This document shows, in pieces, positions 36,840 to 51,800 of a DNA stretch of 64,000 nucleotides. The stretch covers positions 744,001 through 808,000 of the forward strand of contig CAIIXF020000001.1 of assembly GCA_903813345.2 (NCBI GenBank), in the 5' to 3' direction. How positions within the stretch are numbered: the stretch's first letter is position 1; each line of letters begins with the position of its first letter. Source of the DNA: Owenia fusiformis (lineage: Eukaryota). Position numbers and translations under genes: made by a program. The notes under the pieces are model-generated. The model saw nothing but the letters and a program-made list of their open reading frames with translations. It did no database searches and was not told where the DNA came from.

Positions 36840-39800
36840 ATGGCAGTAAATGATGACAATGTTCAGAATGAGTTAAGTCGTCTGCGCTTGCGTATTCTTC
36901 AAGAGGTAAGTACAACAATAAAACATCATGAAATTACAATAAGTGTTATATAATCATGTGTGTATGCTTTTCTCAACTGGGTGCAAAACTGCCACTACCT
37001 ATTCTGTCTACTACAGAGAAATAATGTCCAGTTTTATCTATTACCACTGTAAGATGCAATTATCCTATTGAATGTTGTTTAGTTAATTTCTACTTCTCTT
37101 TGACAAGTAGCCAGCCACTGGTACCATAAATCAAGCACTGTGTAAATACAACTTGTCTGACTACTTTCTCATAAAAATCCAATGTTATCTGGTTGCTATA
37201 GTAACCATGAATGTAAGGACTCTGCAATTACATTTAGGATTTTGTATAGTGTACTGTAGTGTAGTATAGTGTAGTGTAGTGTAGTGTAGTGCAATGTAGT
37301 ATAGTAGGTTGCTTTGCTTATTGGATGGCATCATAAAGGTCCTAATAAGGATAATGTAAAACCTTCTTTTCATTTAGCTTAATATGAAAATTTATTATAA
37401 TGAAACTCTGTTTCTCTTCAATTCAATGAGTATAGTTTTATTATAAAAAATAGGCATTGGATCATCATACATCTTTAAAATTTAGAAGTCAATACTTATC
37501 TGGTAAAAACTTGTAATACACAGTTGTGAATAATTCATTTTCTGATCTTGGAGAATGACAAATTGGTGGACAGAATAATTACAGTCATTGGTGGTGATAA
37601 ATTGCTTAAAGACAACACTATTGATGCAAACTGTTTTTCTGATGATGATATATTACATTAAGGAGGTATAATGCTTTTGTGTTTGTTATTGTTATATTGT
37701 ACGTCCAATCAGTGACGTTGTGTCCCCCTATACAAGTCCATATGTCATTTCACTCAGTATTCCCCTCCCACCACATATATATGTTTCACCCCTCCCCCTA
37801 TGCTATAATCTCATTTCATTATTTGTAATGTTGTTTGTTTTCACATTGAGAAATGTTATTCCCACTCGTGTAATGAATCCATTGGTTGCTATTGTGATAC
37901 ATCATCCCGATGATGAATGTGTCCAAATGTTTAATCTTGTAGTACCTGCTCGGGTTTGAAATATATCGCAAAATCAGGCTATTTTAACATAAACCTCTGA
38001 ATTATTTATGAAGTAATGCACATTTGTATTTTCAACCCATATGAATTATAGATGATATTTATACATTTATGTCTTTTATTGTTACGACCACTTTCAGTAT
38101 TTGCTTCATTAGAGGAATACTTTCAGAAATTACCTCAAAGTTGAGTATCGTTGAAGTAATAGGGTCAAGTAAAAACAATGATCAGGATACAATAATGTCA
38201 TTTTATTGTTACCAGATTCATAAATCAGAGCATTGAATTGAGATTGACCAAACACCGTATTGCTTTAAATGGGGATATAAGCTATATTTTCATCATAATT
38301 ATCCCTGAATCATATATTTTTGATAATACATTATTGATAGTGGTATTCAACTACAATCCATTACCTTGGACATAAACCTTTCTTCTGTAATTCTTCTGAA
38401 AAGCAACTTGTACCAAAAATGAAGATTTTGTATATCTTAAGGTTATACCTATTAGCCCTTTAGTGGTCATAACACCATTTCTATGCAGTTGTATAGCCTT
38501 GCCTAAGTCAGTATTTTTTACTTATCTGATCTTGAATTATTACTAGAAATCAAGATTAGTAAAAAGAGCGACTTGGGCAAGGCTAGTGGTTGCATGGAAT
38601 TGTATGTTTTAATCTTAATGTTATTTCCATTTTTCAGAAATATGAAAGAGAGAAGGAAATAGGGAAAGCCCTCCCTTTCATTTCACAGTCCCAACTACCA
38701 ACACATCCCCAGCATCAGTCTAACCAAGGTACTGAACTATACATGTATATCACATAGTCCTGCAAGAATTATTTTGGGTTATTATCCCGCTGAACAAAAT
38801 TCAAGGGGTATAGGAAAGCTGTCTGTTCATGCGTCTGTTTATCCGTCTGTCCATCCGTTTGTCCCTCTGTCTGGGCAATAACTCAAATACCAGTTGACAG
38901 ATTTGATTCAAATCTTATAGGCTTATGCCTTATGGGTGAAGGACCTCTGCTCAAGAAGAATTTTTCAATATGGCTACTAATTTCAAAATGGCAGCCATTT
39001 TTCGTAAAAATGTAATGATAAATCAAATACGAGTACTGTATCTGCTTCAACTTCAATTTTGCCTCATCTAATTAAATTTTCCTCGCTTGTTTTCCAAACC
39101 TGAAAGTCAGAATAATTTACTTGGAACCAACCAGTTTTGTCTCTGGCTGCAAAAATTAAATACCAGGATTTTGCTTGTCAAAACCTCCATGAAACCCCTA
39201 TTAACCATATGCAATTATTGCCTGTAATGAGTCACACTAAATATGTACTCGTACTTGTAGGCATAGAAAGGTTGATGGGCTTTGATGGTACAACAAGATT
39301 ACACCAAGCCATGTTAAAGCGTAGAGAGCTGTTGGATCAGTTACAGGTGTAGTAAATATATTAAGATGTCTGCTAGAAGCTCATTGAGATTTTTGCCTCT
39401 CCCATATATAGATCATAGAACAGTGAGTCCAAGAAACCTGTTGGGGAGATATAGAGGTTCTTATACGAGTACCTGTGCAAGATCGTCCAGCTCTTGATGA
39501 GCTTTGATAATTCTTCTTTAACGAGTCGAATATATCTTGCATGGGGTAAAGATGGCAGTATCTTTATTAGTCATATGAGAAAAATGAGTACCCAGTTATG
39601 GTATTATCACAATAACAAAAACAAAAAGATATTATTAATGTTGCATTTTGGGTATGTTTATAGATGGAGAGGCTTTTGGAAGACCATCATAGACCACGAT
39701 CCTACAGCAGTAGAAGAAAGTCACCCCCAAGTACCCATAGAAGTGTAAGGTCACTGCCAGAACTATCTAGAGGTAGGTACCCATAGGAGTGTAAGGTCAC

Positions 39801-42800
39801 TGGCAGAATTATCTAGAGTTAGGTACCAATAGGCGTGTAAGGTCACTGCCAGAACTATCTAGAGGTAGGTACCCATAGGAGTGTAAGGTCACTGCCAGAA
39901 CTGTCTAGAGGTAGGTACCCATAGAAGTGTAAGGTTACTGCCAGAACTATCTAGAGGTAGGTACCCATAGGAGTGTAAGGTTACTGCCAGAACTATCTAG
40001 AGATAGGTACCCATAGGAGTGTAAGGTCACTGCCAGAACTATCTAGAGGTAGGTACTCATAGGAGTGTAAGGTCACTGCCAGAACTATCTAGAGGTAGGT
40101 ACCCATAGGAGTGTAAGGTCACTGCCAGAACTATCTAGAGGTAGGTACCCATAGGAGTGTAAGGTTACTGCCAGAACTATCTAGAGGTAGGTACCCATAG
40201 GAGTGTAAGGTCACTGCCAGAACTATCTAGAGGTAGGTACCCATAGGAGTGTAAGGTCACTGGCAGAATTATCTAGAGGTATGTACCCATAGAAGTGTAA
40301 GGTCACTGCCAGAACTGTCTAGAGGTAAGTACCCATAGAAGTGTAAGGTCACTGCCAGAACTGTCTAGAGGTAAGTACCCATAGAAGTGTAAGGTCACTG
40401 CCAGAATTATACAGTTAGGTACCCATAGGAGTGTAAGGTCACTGCCAGAATTATCTAGAGATAAGTACCCATATATGTGTAAGGTCACTGCCAGAATTGT
40501 CTAGAGGTAGGTACCCATAGGAGTGTAAGGTTACTGCCAGAACTATCTAGAGATAGGTACCCATAGGAGTGTAAGTTCATATATAGATTTATGCTTGTTC
40601 ATTAGAAAATTATTTAATGACCTACCATTATATTTGATGTTAAAAATCCCATCACAGAGAAATACTGTATAATAGCAATGCAAGCATGCAATTTTATAAG
40701 CCTCTGAGTATAATTCCATATACATATTTATGCATGAGCATTCCAAGTCTTTTATTATTGATGAGTATTGGTAAGTATGCAGTCCCTACAAAATGGTTTC
40801 AAAACCTAAGGTGGTCGCCACAAAGAGCAATCTCTTTTTCTTATTGTTGTATATATTACATTTGAACAAAGAGTCTGTGTATAACTTGACCCGAATACAA
40901 CATTTCAGAGCCTGGCAGAAACATCCTAGAGTTACCTATACACCAGCAACCAGAGGAAGCCATTGAACTACCTAGCCAGCTTCCCTTCCTACAGCCCTTA
41001 CCCAACCCACCGCCACAACCACAACTTCCTAACCAGACATCACCTGGAAAAGGAGGTAAGATGGTACATCTAATGTTTTGTAAGGGAAATTGTTGTTGGA
41101 TCAGTCACCTATGAAAAAGAATATGTCTGGTTGGTGTCACTGTTCTAATATTTAAATATGGAAGTGAGTTAATATGTCTGGTTGATGTCACTGTTCTAAT
41201 ATTTAAATATGGAAGTGAGTAAATATGTCTGGTTGATGTCACTGTTCTAATATTTAAATATGGAAGTGAGTTAATATGTCTGGTTGATGTCACTGTTCTA
41301 ATATTTAAATATGGAAGTGAGTAAATATGTCTGGTTGATGTCACTGTTCTAATATTTAAATATGGAAGTGAGTTAATATGTCTGGTTGATGTCACTGTTC
41401 TAATATTTAAATATGGAAGTGAGTTAAATATGTCTGGTTGATGTCATTGTTCTAATATTTAAATATGGAAGTGAGTTAAATATGTCTGGTTGATGTCATT
41501 GTTCTAATATTTAAATATGGAAGTGAGTTAAATATGTCTGGTTGATGTCACTGTTCTAATATTTAGATATGGAAGCGAGTTAATATGTCTGGTTGATGTC
41601 ACTGTTCTAATATTTAAATATGGAAGCAAGTTAAATATGTCTGGTTGATGTCACTGTTCTAATATTTAAATATGAAAGTGAGTTAAATATGTCTGGTTGA
41701 TGTCACTGTTCTAATATTTAAATATGGAAGTGAGTTAAATATGTCTGGTTGATGTCACTGTTCTAATATTTAAATATGGAAGTGAGTTAAATATGTCTGG
41801 TTGATGTCACTGTTCTAATATTTAAATATGGAAGTGAGATAATATGTCTGTGTTTCCCACTGAAATGAATTGATGAATGATGTTCAATAAATATATAATG
41901 TTGGCATCTCTGTGAAAGGTGTGATTATTTCAGATGCCATGGAAACTAGGTGCCATGGAAACTGTGATTGTTTCAGATGCCATGAAAACTTATTACTTGA
42001 AATGTTATAAATTTCTGAATGATGCAATGTTTTTTTTGTTTTTGTTTTTTTTTTTTATTAAAAATATTTATTCTCTAAAATTAAAATCAAATACATAATA
42101 ACACTAGACACTTTTAATAAGTGTATCAGCGTGAAAACATTTAAATATTAACCTGAGTCAAATGGAAATGAGAAAAAAAACAATTTAAAAATATTTACTC
42201 AGTTAAATGAGAATAAAATTGATAACAATATATAAAATCTACATATATGTTTGTCAGTAATTCAGTTCAGAATAGGTTGATGTCATATGAATTTTAAAAT
42301 TCTTTTTAAAACAGTTAATGGAAGGTAATGTTTTCAAAGAAGTTGGCAGATTATTCCAAAGCTGAGCACCTGAGTATTTTATTGAGTTTTGACCTATAAT
42401 TGTTCTAAATTTTTTCATGTGAAGGCAATTTTGGAATCTTGTCTCATGTTCATGAAATATCAAATTTGGAGTAAAATAATTTTCAAATATGTCAAAAGGA
42501 AAGCCATCGGGTTTTGTTGTGTATTGATAAAGAAATTTTTCAACTTCAAGCTTATGTATGTCAAAAATATCTAGAAAATTGAGTTGTTTAAAAAGAGGTG
42601 GGCTATGTGCTAAAAAGTCAGAATTTGTGATTATTCTCACTGCACGTTTTTGTAACAAAAGCAATTTATTCAAAAAGGTTTTACATGCATTACCCCATAT
42701 GATGTTGCAATAGTTCAATTGTGATAATATAAGTGAATTATGGTATGGTAATCATGGTTTTTGCATTCAATTTATATTTAATCTTTCCCAGAATACCAAT

Positions 42801-45800
42801 AATTTTAGATATTTTATGTATAACCTTATTTATGTGCTCATTCCATTTTAATTTACAATCAATTGTTACTCCCAGAAAATTTGTATGCATTACTCTTTCA
42901 AGAATATTACCCCCTATTTTTATATTAAAATCTTGATTTTCATCAATATTTAACTTTGATCTTGTAAATAGCATATAATTTGTCTTGTCTATATTCAAAG
43001 AAAGTTTATTTGATTTGAACCATTCTAATGTCTTTTCCATTTCTAGATTTACATTTCTATATAGATCATGAAGGTCTTTGTTTGAACATAAGATACTTGT
43101 ATCATCTGCGAAAATAGTAAATTTAAGAATATTTGAAACCTTATGTAAATCATTAATATAGAGAATGAATAAGATGGGGCCTAAAACAGACCCTTGAGGT
43201 ACACCACAAGTGATAATATTTTCTTCAGATAGAGTGTTGTTAAAAGAAGTAATGATTTTCCTATCAGATAAATAGCTTTCAAACCAATTTTTTGCGACAT
43301 TGCGAATTCCAAAATTTTCAAGTTTTTTTAGAAGAATTTCATGATTTACTGTATCGAAGGCTTTCGATAAATCTAAAAATATTCCAATAGCATGAGTTGA
43401 GCTTTTATCTAGAGATATCCTCACTTCTTCCAAGAAGGAGAGGATTGCCATATAAGTTGAATAATGTTTTCTAAAACCAAACTGATTTTTGAATAAAAGT
43501 TTGTATGTTTCAATAAATGTTATTAATCTATTTTTCATGATCTGTTCTAAGAGTTTAGAAAAGACACTAAGTAGAGATATAGGTCTATAGTTTGAAAATT
43601 TTGAAGTATTTCCTTTTTTAAAAAGTGGGATAACTTTGGCTGTTTTCAACTTAGTGGGAAAAACCCCTGTATGGATAGACAAGTTTGCTATATGAGCAAA
43701 TGGTAAAAGTAAATTATTTCTTGCATGTTTAACTACTATTGGTTTGAATTCATCTAGGCCTGGTGAGCAATCTTTTAAAACTGACATTAAATTTTCGATT
43801 TCATCCTTACTCACAGGAGTAAGTTCTAAAGAAGATTCATTGATTTCCATAAATGTAAAAGGGGACTCTGTTAAAATGATTAGGAATATCTTTTCTATCA
43901 GTCAAAGTATCATCTCCATCATAAAATTTATCTGGAAAAACTGAATCACATTTTTTGCGGTGAAGTAAGTCATTTATAACTGACCAAGTATTCTTGATAT
44001 TATTGCTTGTTTCAGTAAATCTATCACAAAAATATTTCCTTTCTGCTTTGCGGATTAATTTATGGAGTTTGTTTCGAAAAGTTTTGTATTCAGCTAGATT
44101 CTGTTTCGTTGGGTGTTTCAAAGTATTTCGATAAAGTTTATTTTTCTGTTTCACAGATGTTAGTATACCATGTGAGAGCCAAGGCTTAATTGAGTTCTTG
44201 TGAATTTTTGTATTTTTGACTTTTACAGGGAAATATTCATCATATTTTCTACTAATTTTGTCTGCGAACAAATTATAAGCCACATTTACATCAACCTTTT
44301 CATTAATTATACCTGTCCAATCTATATCTTTCAGTGAATCACTAAAATTATTAATTGCACTCAATGAATATTTCCTAAAAGTGATTTGTTTGTTTTCACA
44401 AACATTTTGATAGTGTGATGTAAGGGCAAAGATAGGATGGTGGTCAGAAATGGGAAATGAAAGAAGACCACTTTTGATTACATTATTTGAATTAGAAAAG
44501 ATATTATCAATAAGCGTAGCACTTTTTTCTGTTATTCTAGGTTTAAAAATCAATGGGTTATAAGATTGGGAGTATAATAGATTAAGAAAATTCAACGTTT
44601 GTGCATCACTTTCAGTTTTAAGTAAATCAATGTTGAAATCACCCATTATAAAAGAAAATTTATGTTCCCTATCAATTTTAGAAAGTAGGCTCTCAAAACT
44701 TTCAAGAAAAGATGCCATGTCTGTATTTGGTGGTCTATATATTATAGTAATAACCATATTTTTCTCATTTTTCCTAGGAATTTCAATAGATAGTGATTCA
44801 CATGCTTTATAATCTAATTTGAGGTCATCCCTATGTTTAAAGTCAATGCCTTTTAAAATATGAAGTGCAACACCACCCCCTGGTCTATCTTTCCTAGAGT
44901 TAAAAATACTATTATAATTAGAATCATTTTCCTCATAAATAGGCTCTAAGTTTGATGTAAGCCATGTTTCAGTCATACCAATAATTGAAAGATTATTTTT
45001 TAACAATTGCAACATATTATGGAATTTCCATTGATTTTTAGATACACTCCTCATGTTGATGTGTAACATACTAAGATCATTTGATTTTTGTAAGTGATAG
45101 TTAAATTGATCTATATTATTGTAGTTGCACTGATTTACTGATTGATTTATTTCAAAATCATGTGCAGTGAGAGGTTCATCCTTCTGTCTATTTTCTAAAG
45201 TCAGTGGATTAAAAATAAGACTTTCATAATCATTAGTTGGAATTGAAGAAGGTGCTAAGTCAAGAAATTCAATTGGTGTTGCCTCATAAAATGGAAACAT
45301 CTGCCATTTTCTTGTTAACAACAAGTAAATGCATAATGTTGGCATTGTCATGGAAACTGTGATTATTTCAGATGCCATTGAGATGCTGATGCTGCAGAAT
45401 GCTCAGATGCATCAGTTAATCATGCAACAGATGATGATGTCAGCTTTGCAACCTGGTAAACCACTTCAAATGATGGAAACTGATGCCCACAGTCATCTCA
45501 ACCAACAACCTTCACAGTCTCAACCTCCTCAAAAACTCAACAACATCTCTGTTTTACCACCAATACATTCTAAAAGGTAGCATAAATAGTACCCTTCAGA
45601 TTTATTTGACAAAGCTTCCTAAACTTCACTGTTTCGGTTAAAGAGAATCCTTTAAACTCACCAAGCCAGTCAGAGATTGGCATCAAAATGGCCTACTTTC
45701 TATTTCTGATAATTTTCTCGAGTCATTGTTGACTCAGTAATTACCAACATTACAATATTATTTAATTGTGTTTCTCTCCTTTGCTGATTGGTTGTGAAAA

Positions 45801-48800
45801 TATCTGCATGGTTGGTTTGGATGGATTTATAATATGGGCTGTGGCAGCCACCAATAGTATGAATGGGGCCGCTAATCTGTAAAATCTGTCTAATTGTTCA
45901 TAGGTGTTCTTTCAGGAATTTCATTTTCTGTTCATGGTACATAAAAAGCAGCCTCTTGTACAGCACTCCCCATCAGAGCATCATAGTGACCCTTGAGTGT
46001 ATGTGTGGATGTGTATTAGATGCCAGCACACCTCTCATATGTTGGGAAAAAATGTATGACTCACACATCGAAAGTGTCCAGAATTCATCTAACTATCTGA
46101 AACAGTAAAATGTTCTAGAGAGAGAGGGCCCTCCTTTGCCCCCCTCCCCCAATACCACCCCTTGTAGTTTTCCTTTGGCATGAGAAGTTCCAGTCATTTG
46201 TTTATTGACATCAGTCACCACTTTGAAAATCCAATAATACGACTGCATTCTCTTGTTGCAGGACTACACCTCAAGTGGTGACATCTTTACAGCAGCCTAG
46301 AGGTATGACAATGCGTAGGAGTAATCAATACATGTCTCTTAAACAAAGTTAAATTAAAAACTGGAATATGTCTAGGAAAGAAACATGAGCAATATGTAGT
46401 GATAAAGCATACATTTTTATTTAGCCTTGCAATTAAATTCTCTTGGTATAGATAAACGCCAAAAAGGTGTTTTTATTAAGGCTGCTGTTCACTTAAGACA
46501 GGTTTCACTAAGTAAATAAAGACAGGCGGTTTTAGCAGGCAGTAAATAATACTTTAAAGCTGTCATATGATTTAATTGTACATATTTTGTAGTTGCTGAC
46601 CCACCACCCCCTCCAACATGTTCACCCACTCCCATCATAATGTCTCCAAGATACCACAAAAGTAAGTTCAGTTTTCAACATGTTCACCCACTCCAATCAT
46701 AATGTCTCCAAGATACCACAAAAGTAAGTTCAGTTTTCAACATGTTCACCCACTCCAATCATAATGTCTCCAAGATACCACAAGTAAGTTCAGTTTTCAA
46801 CATGTTCACCCACTCCAATCATAATGTCTCCAAGATAACACAAAAGTAAGTTCAGTTTTCAACATGATCACCCACTCCAATCATAATGTCTCCAAGATAC
46901 CACAAAAGTAAGTTCAGTTTTCAACATGTTCACTCACTCCAATCATAATGTCTCCAAGATACCACAAAAGTAAGTTCAGTTTTCAACATGTTCACCCACT
47001 CCAATCATAATGTCTCCAAGATACCACAAAAGTAAGTTCAGTTTTCAACATGTTCACCCACTCCAATCATAATGTCTCCAAGATATCACAAAAGTAAGTT
47101 CAGTTTTCAACATGTTCACCCACTCCAATCATAATGTCTCCAAGATACCACAAAAGTAAGTTCATATTGAGGAATATTATATAAGATATCTCTTTGAATA
47201 TGATACAATAAAAATATATTTCATGAGTAGAAAACACAAGGATCATCATTTAAAAGGCAGCAAAATATGAATTATCTATATAAACCACTGAATTACTTTT
47301 ATTTCTAGGTTCCTTAAAGAAAGTGATACCATACCCAGGCAGTAGTAAGTACATTCTTCTATATTATGTAACCACCAAAAGTGGTGACATATTGTTATGG
47401 TCTCCGTTTTTTGCGACGGCGGTTGGTGGTTGGAGGTTGGCGTCCGGCGTCAGGCGTCTGTAACAATTTCTTACAACTTCCTATAACTTAACAAATACTG
47501 TTTAGATTGACTTCAATTTTTTTCTAAATCATCTACATGTTCTCAGAAGTTCAAATTTGACTTTAGATTTGACATTTGACCTTCAATGACCTTCTCAAGG
47601 TCAAAAAAGGTCAAAAAGGTCTGTTTTCAACTTGCTTCAAATTGACCAAATTTTTTTTTCAAAATCATCTACATCTTTTCAGAAATTCAAATTTGACTTT
47701 ACAAGTTCTCAGAAGTTCAAATCTGACTTTAGATTTGACCTTTGACCTTCAATGACCTTCTCAAGGTCAAAAAGGTCTTTTTTCAACTTGCTTCAAATTT
47801 ACTTAATTTTTTTTTCAAAATCATCTACATGTTCTCAGAAGTTCAAATCTGACTTTACATTTGACATTTGATCTTCAATGACCTTCTCAATGTCAACAAA
47901 AGTCAAAGAGGTATTTTTTCAACTTGCTTTAAATTGACCAAATTGTTTTAGGTGGTGACATTTTATCATGTTAATGCCTTGTTGCTCATTTAGACAGGTT
48001 CCAATTCTAATAATTCAAGTTTTTGAGGCATTTTTTAGAAAAAGCAACAGACCTATTTTTACTCAATCAGTTTTTCATGCTGATAAAGATATTAAAAGAT
48101 GACAGCTCAACGGGGTGGTCACGACACTGAATTTTGGCATGTTTACCCCCCTTGGAAAATATTCTAGGGGGTACTATGAAACTAGTTCATAACTCAAAGG
48201 ATATATGAGCTATTGTTCTGAGTTGTACACCATACATTGCTAGTACAAATATGAATACTATCCTAAAGTTATAGGTTGATACCCATATTGGTCTCAGAAA
48301 AAATACAATTAACAGGAAAAAGATACGCAATTTTTGTCTTGCCAATTTTATATTTGTAGCTTCACGCAAAATATGACAGCTTTAACAGCTCATAGTAGTA
48401 TTCTAAAAACATTTCCATGCTATATGGGGTATTGTAATACATCTATTTTAGTTATGAAGTACTATTTTGTAATTTTAATATGACTTTATAGTGCCCTACC
48501 CCTGGAAAATTGAAGAAAGTGGTTGTGGTGAATTTAATCATTTTGCAGCATTAAGTTAGAAACATGTATTGATAGACACCAAATCAATAAATTCATACCA
48601 TCATCAAATGTTAGGTGACATTCTAATTCATTTATTACTAGAATATAGGACTTAAGATATTTTATATGTAAGTTTTCAATTTAGTACATGTATCATAATG
48701 AAATCTAGTGTAATCACATACTAGAGAGGACATTGACATAAAGTCTAAACATTATAATCATCAATTGATCTCATTTGAGCAACTAGACTATGGTGGTTAT

Positions 48801-51800
48801 CATGCACAAGTAATGTACTACAGTGCCCCATGTACTAGGGCACGAGTCATTTGAGCCATATATACCTCCTGGTATATACCTTTACAACCAATTCAGAAGG
48901 GTCATTTACAATGTGCAAAACATGGCAAAAGTTCCGTAAAACTGTTAGTTCTCATAATCTGACCATATACCAGAGTCCTCATTAAGCCATGATGCATCAC
49001 AGCCAGATGTTAGAAAAGTAGCCAAGAATCGTTTTATTAACCAAAGATGACTTTCCCAACGATGTTGCATCACACTGTACTGTCAACTGTACATGTTGCT
49101 TTCAATTTTGTTTACTCTACATAGATCTGATTCTGCATTTAAATACCAAGACTTCAGTTTACTTCAACTGTCATGACTAAAGCATTTGATAGTATTTACA
49201 TAATAATGTTATAAAGGAGTATGTAGGTTATCGCAAACAACTTCAGACAATGGTCCTTTTTCCATATAGCTTTGAAATCTCGTTAAGGTCTTGTTTTTAA
49301 TGAGATTTTAGGAGATCTGCATTTTTAACCATTAAAAACTAATGTTTGCACTGTAATTTACCATTATTCAAATTCTAATGATTTCCTGGTTGTCTAAAAA
49401 AGGTTGGGCTAAATCCCCATTGACACAATGCTGAAAAATCTTAAAAAGTTCATTTACTCTTCCAAGGATCACAATTTTAATGTGAAATCACAATCCACAT
49501 GTCAATAAGATCATAAAGTTACATTCCAATGATGTTTTAAGTTGATCCAAATCGAATTACTTCTTAAATCAAGAAATTAAGTGTGGCAATACATTTACAT
49601 GTATTCTAGCCCTACCCAAGCTCTACCAATACCCATGATGCCATCTACTTTTCATTTATATGGATAAAGGTCAATTCTAACTTGAATTATGAATATTTTC
49701 TGACCATGAACATAGGTATATCTTTTAGATCTATTCATTATCTTCAAGAAAAGTAAATATAATGATTAATCAGACCTAAGTCAGAGGCGTAGCTAGCCCA
49801 TTTTGCGAGTGTACGCCCGTATGATTTCCCGGTTTTATCATAATTAACAAAACGATGGTTCCATAAAATAGGAAGATCCCGTGTGTTCAGAAGATAAGGG
49901 ACACACTAAACACTCTTTATTCAATGAGGGAAATATGTATTGTTTGATCATTTTGACAAAGCTTTTTAAAGGGATTGAATTAACTGTATTAACAGATAAT
50001 ATCCGGGAAACAAAAAATACAGATTCTATATAATCATGCCATCGGCGATCGAAGCCGTCTATCAAAGCGATTTTATTTTTTAGGCTACCTAAAACTGTAT
50101 GTATGAGACTCACTGTTTTAAGCTTTTGTGGTCATTCTCCATGAAATATTATTATTTTTTCTGTGTTTGTTTTTATCTAGCTCACAAGATGATTAACAAT
50201 AAAAGAACAGTTACACGACCGTCTCAACTCCATTTCGGATCTTAACAATCTGTACGTGATTCTATAGAATAAATTCTATCTTTCTGTTTTTTTGCATTTG
50301 CGAACATGTCAATAACAGTATCAATGTTTATATCCTGTTCCCTATGGATATGTATCATGGCCAAGGAAGAAGGTCTTTCCTCGTTCATTGTGGAACGCAA
50401 GTATGAGTTAATGCGTTTCAAACTGCTAAAGCTTCGTTCAGCCACGCAAGTGGATACTGGCAATGTTAGCAGCTGGACCAAACACGTGTAGACATCGGGG
50501 TAAAGAGGCTGGGGGTCTGTTGAATAATCTCCTATCGATTTCTATCTCTTGGTAAAATATTTATTTTTCATCACAATTAATCAGGTAAATTTTATTTTTC
50601 CTTAAAATTTGAGAGTACGCCTGGGCGTACTTGGCGTACACGTAGCTACGCCACTGTAAGTGATATTAAAGGGAATGGCCCAATCAACATACTTTTTACT
50701 AAAAATGATGACCTAGCTTTTACCAAAGATGCAACCTTTAATTATATTCTTGAATGCATAATTAGAATATGCTTTGAGACATGTTCTATTTCCTAAGAGG
50801 AAAAAAGGATTGCTCCAGGGACTTTAAAGACACTGAATTTGGATGACCAAAATGAACTGAAACCAATGGATAGCATGACTTTTTTCAAAGGGGAAATAAC
50901 ATGGGGAACACTAATCTTAGGGGAATTCAGTTTTCGTTTCAAGAGCTATTTGATATATTAAAATAAAGAATAGTAATGCACTAAACATTGTTAAAAGGAT
51001 TGCATTTTTGGTGAAAATGAGGTCAACAACCTTGAAAAAATATATTGATGGGTTGATTGCTAGTGAAATATCTCCGAGTCCGATTGCCTTTATTATCCCT
51101 GTATACCTGTCTTCATGGTCAGGAAATAGTCATAATCAAAGATATAACTGTCTGAAATTGTTTGTGATAACTTACCTGAACATTTCCAGGTAAAATCAGG
51201 AGTGACACAATTTATTTCCACCAATTTTTTGACATGTCTTCAAATATACGATAGTATTTTCTTCATAAGATAGAGTGTCACTTGTGAAATTTATTGATTG
51301 ACCTGAGATCGTATCATATCTTTATGACATAGAAGCGAAATAGCCATATTGAACTTTAATGAATGTTGTTTGCCACTTTTCGACAATTCCGGCAAAATTT
51401 GGGGGTTTTGGGGGAGGGGTACAATTAAGTTAAAAAATTCACCTGATTCAGACTATCCTTAAATGAGCACTGATTCACCCGAGAGCATAACTTTTCCAAA
51501 ACATGTTAGTGTTATTTTTGGACCACTCGCATTAATGTTTCGTCTAATTTTTCCTCAGAGTTTCCTCACCATTGTCTTAGGCCATATTTATTGAGATATA
51601 TGAATGTTCATTATTAAAATATTGCCTTCCTTTGCAGTTGGAGAAGACTCGGCATTAGGTGTTATAAGTCCCAGACCACGATAAATAAAAAATAACAACA
51701 CAATGACATAAAACTGATAAACGTTTTCTCTTGTGCGTGTCAGCCATGGTCTACCAAATTAATTGCTATTCAGTGGGAAGAAACTCATTTTTCAGTTTCC

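Noticed and set aside
42020-45335. Target-site duplication and ORF1 for the LINE
   Set aside because: No convincing direct repeat at the junctions and no room for ORF1; the first about 25 codons of ORF 43837..45378 are mostly host sequence.
51638-51684. Alternative terminal exon (IGEDSALGVISPRPR* then AATAAA) of the DUF4587 gene
   Set aside because: It is in phase but lies inside the Academ-like insertion, and exon 47344 splices in phase directly to 53154. Exonisation cannot be excluded without RNA data.
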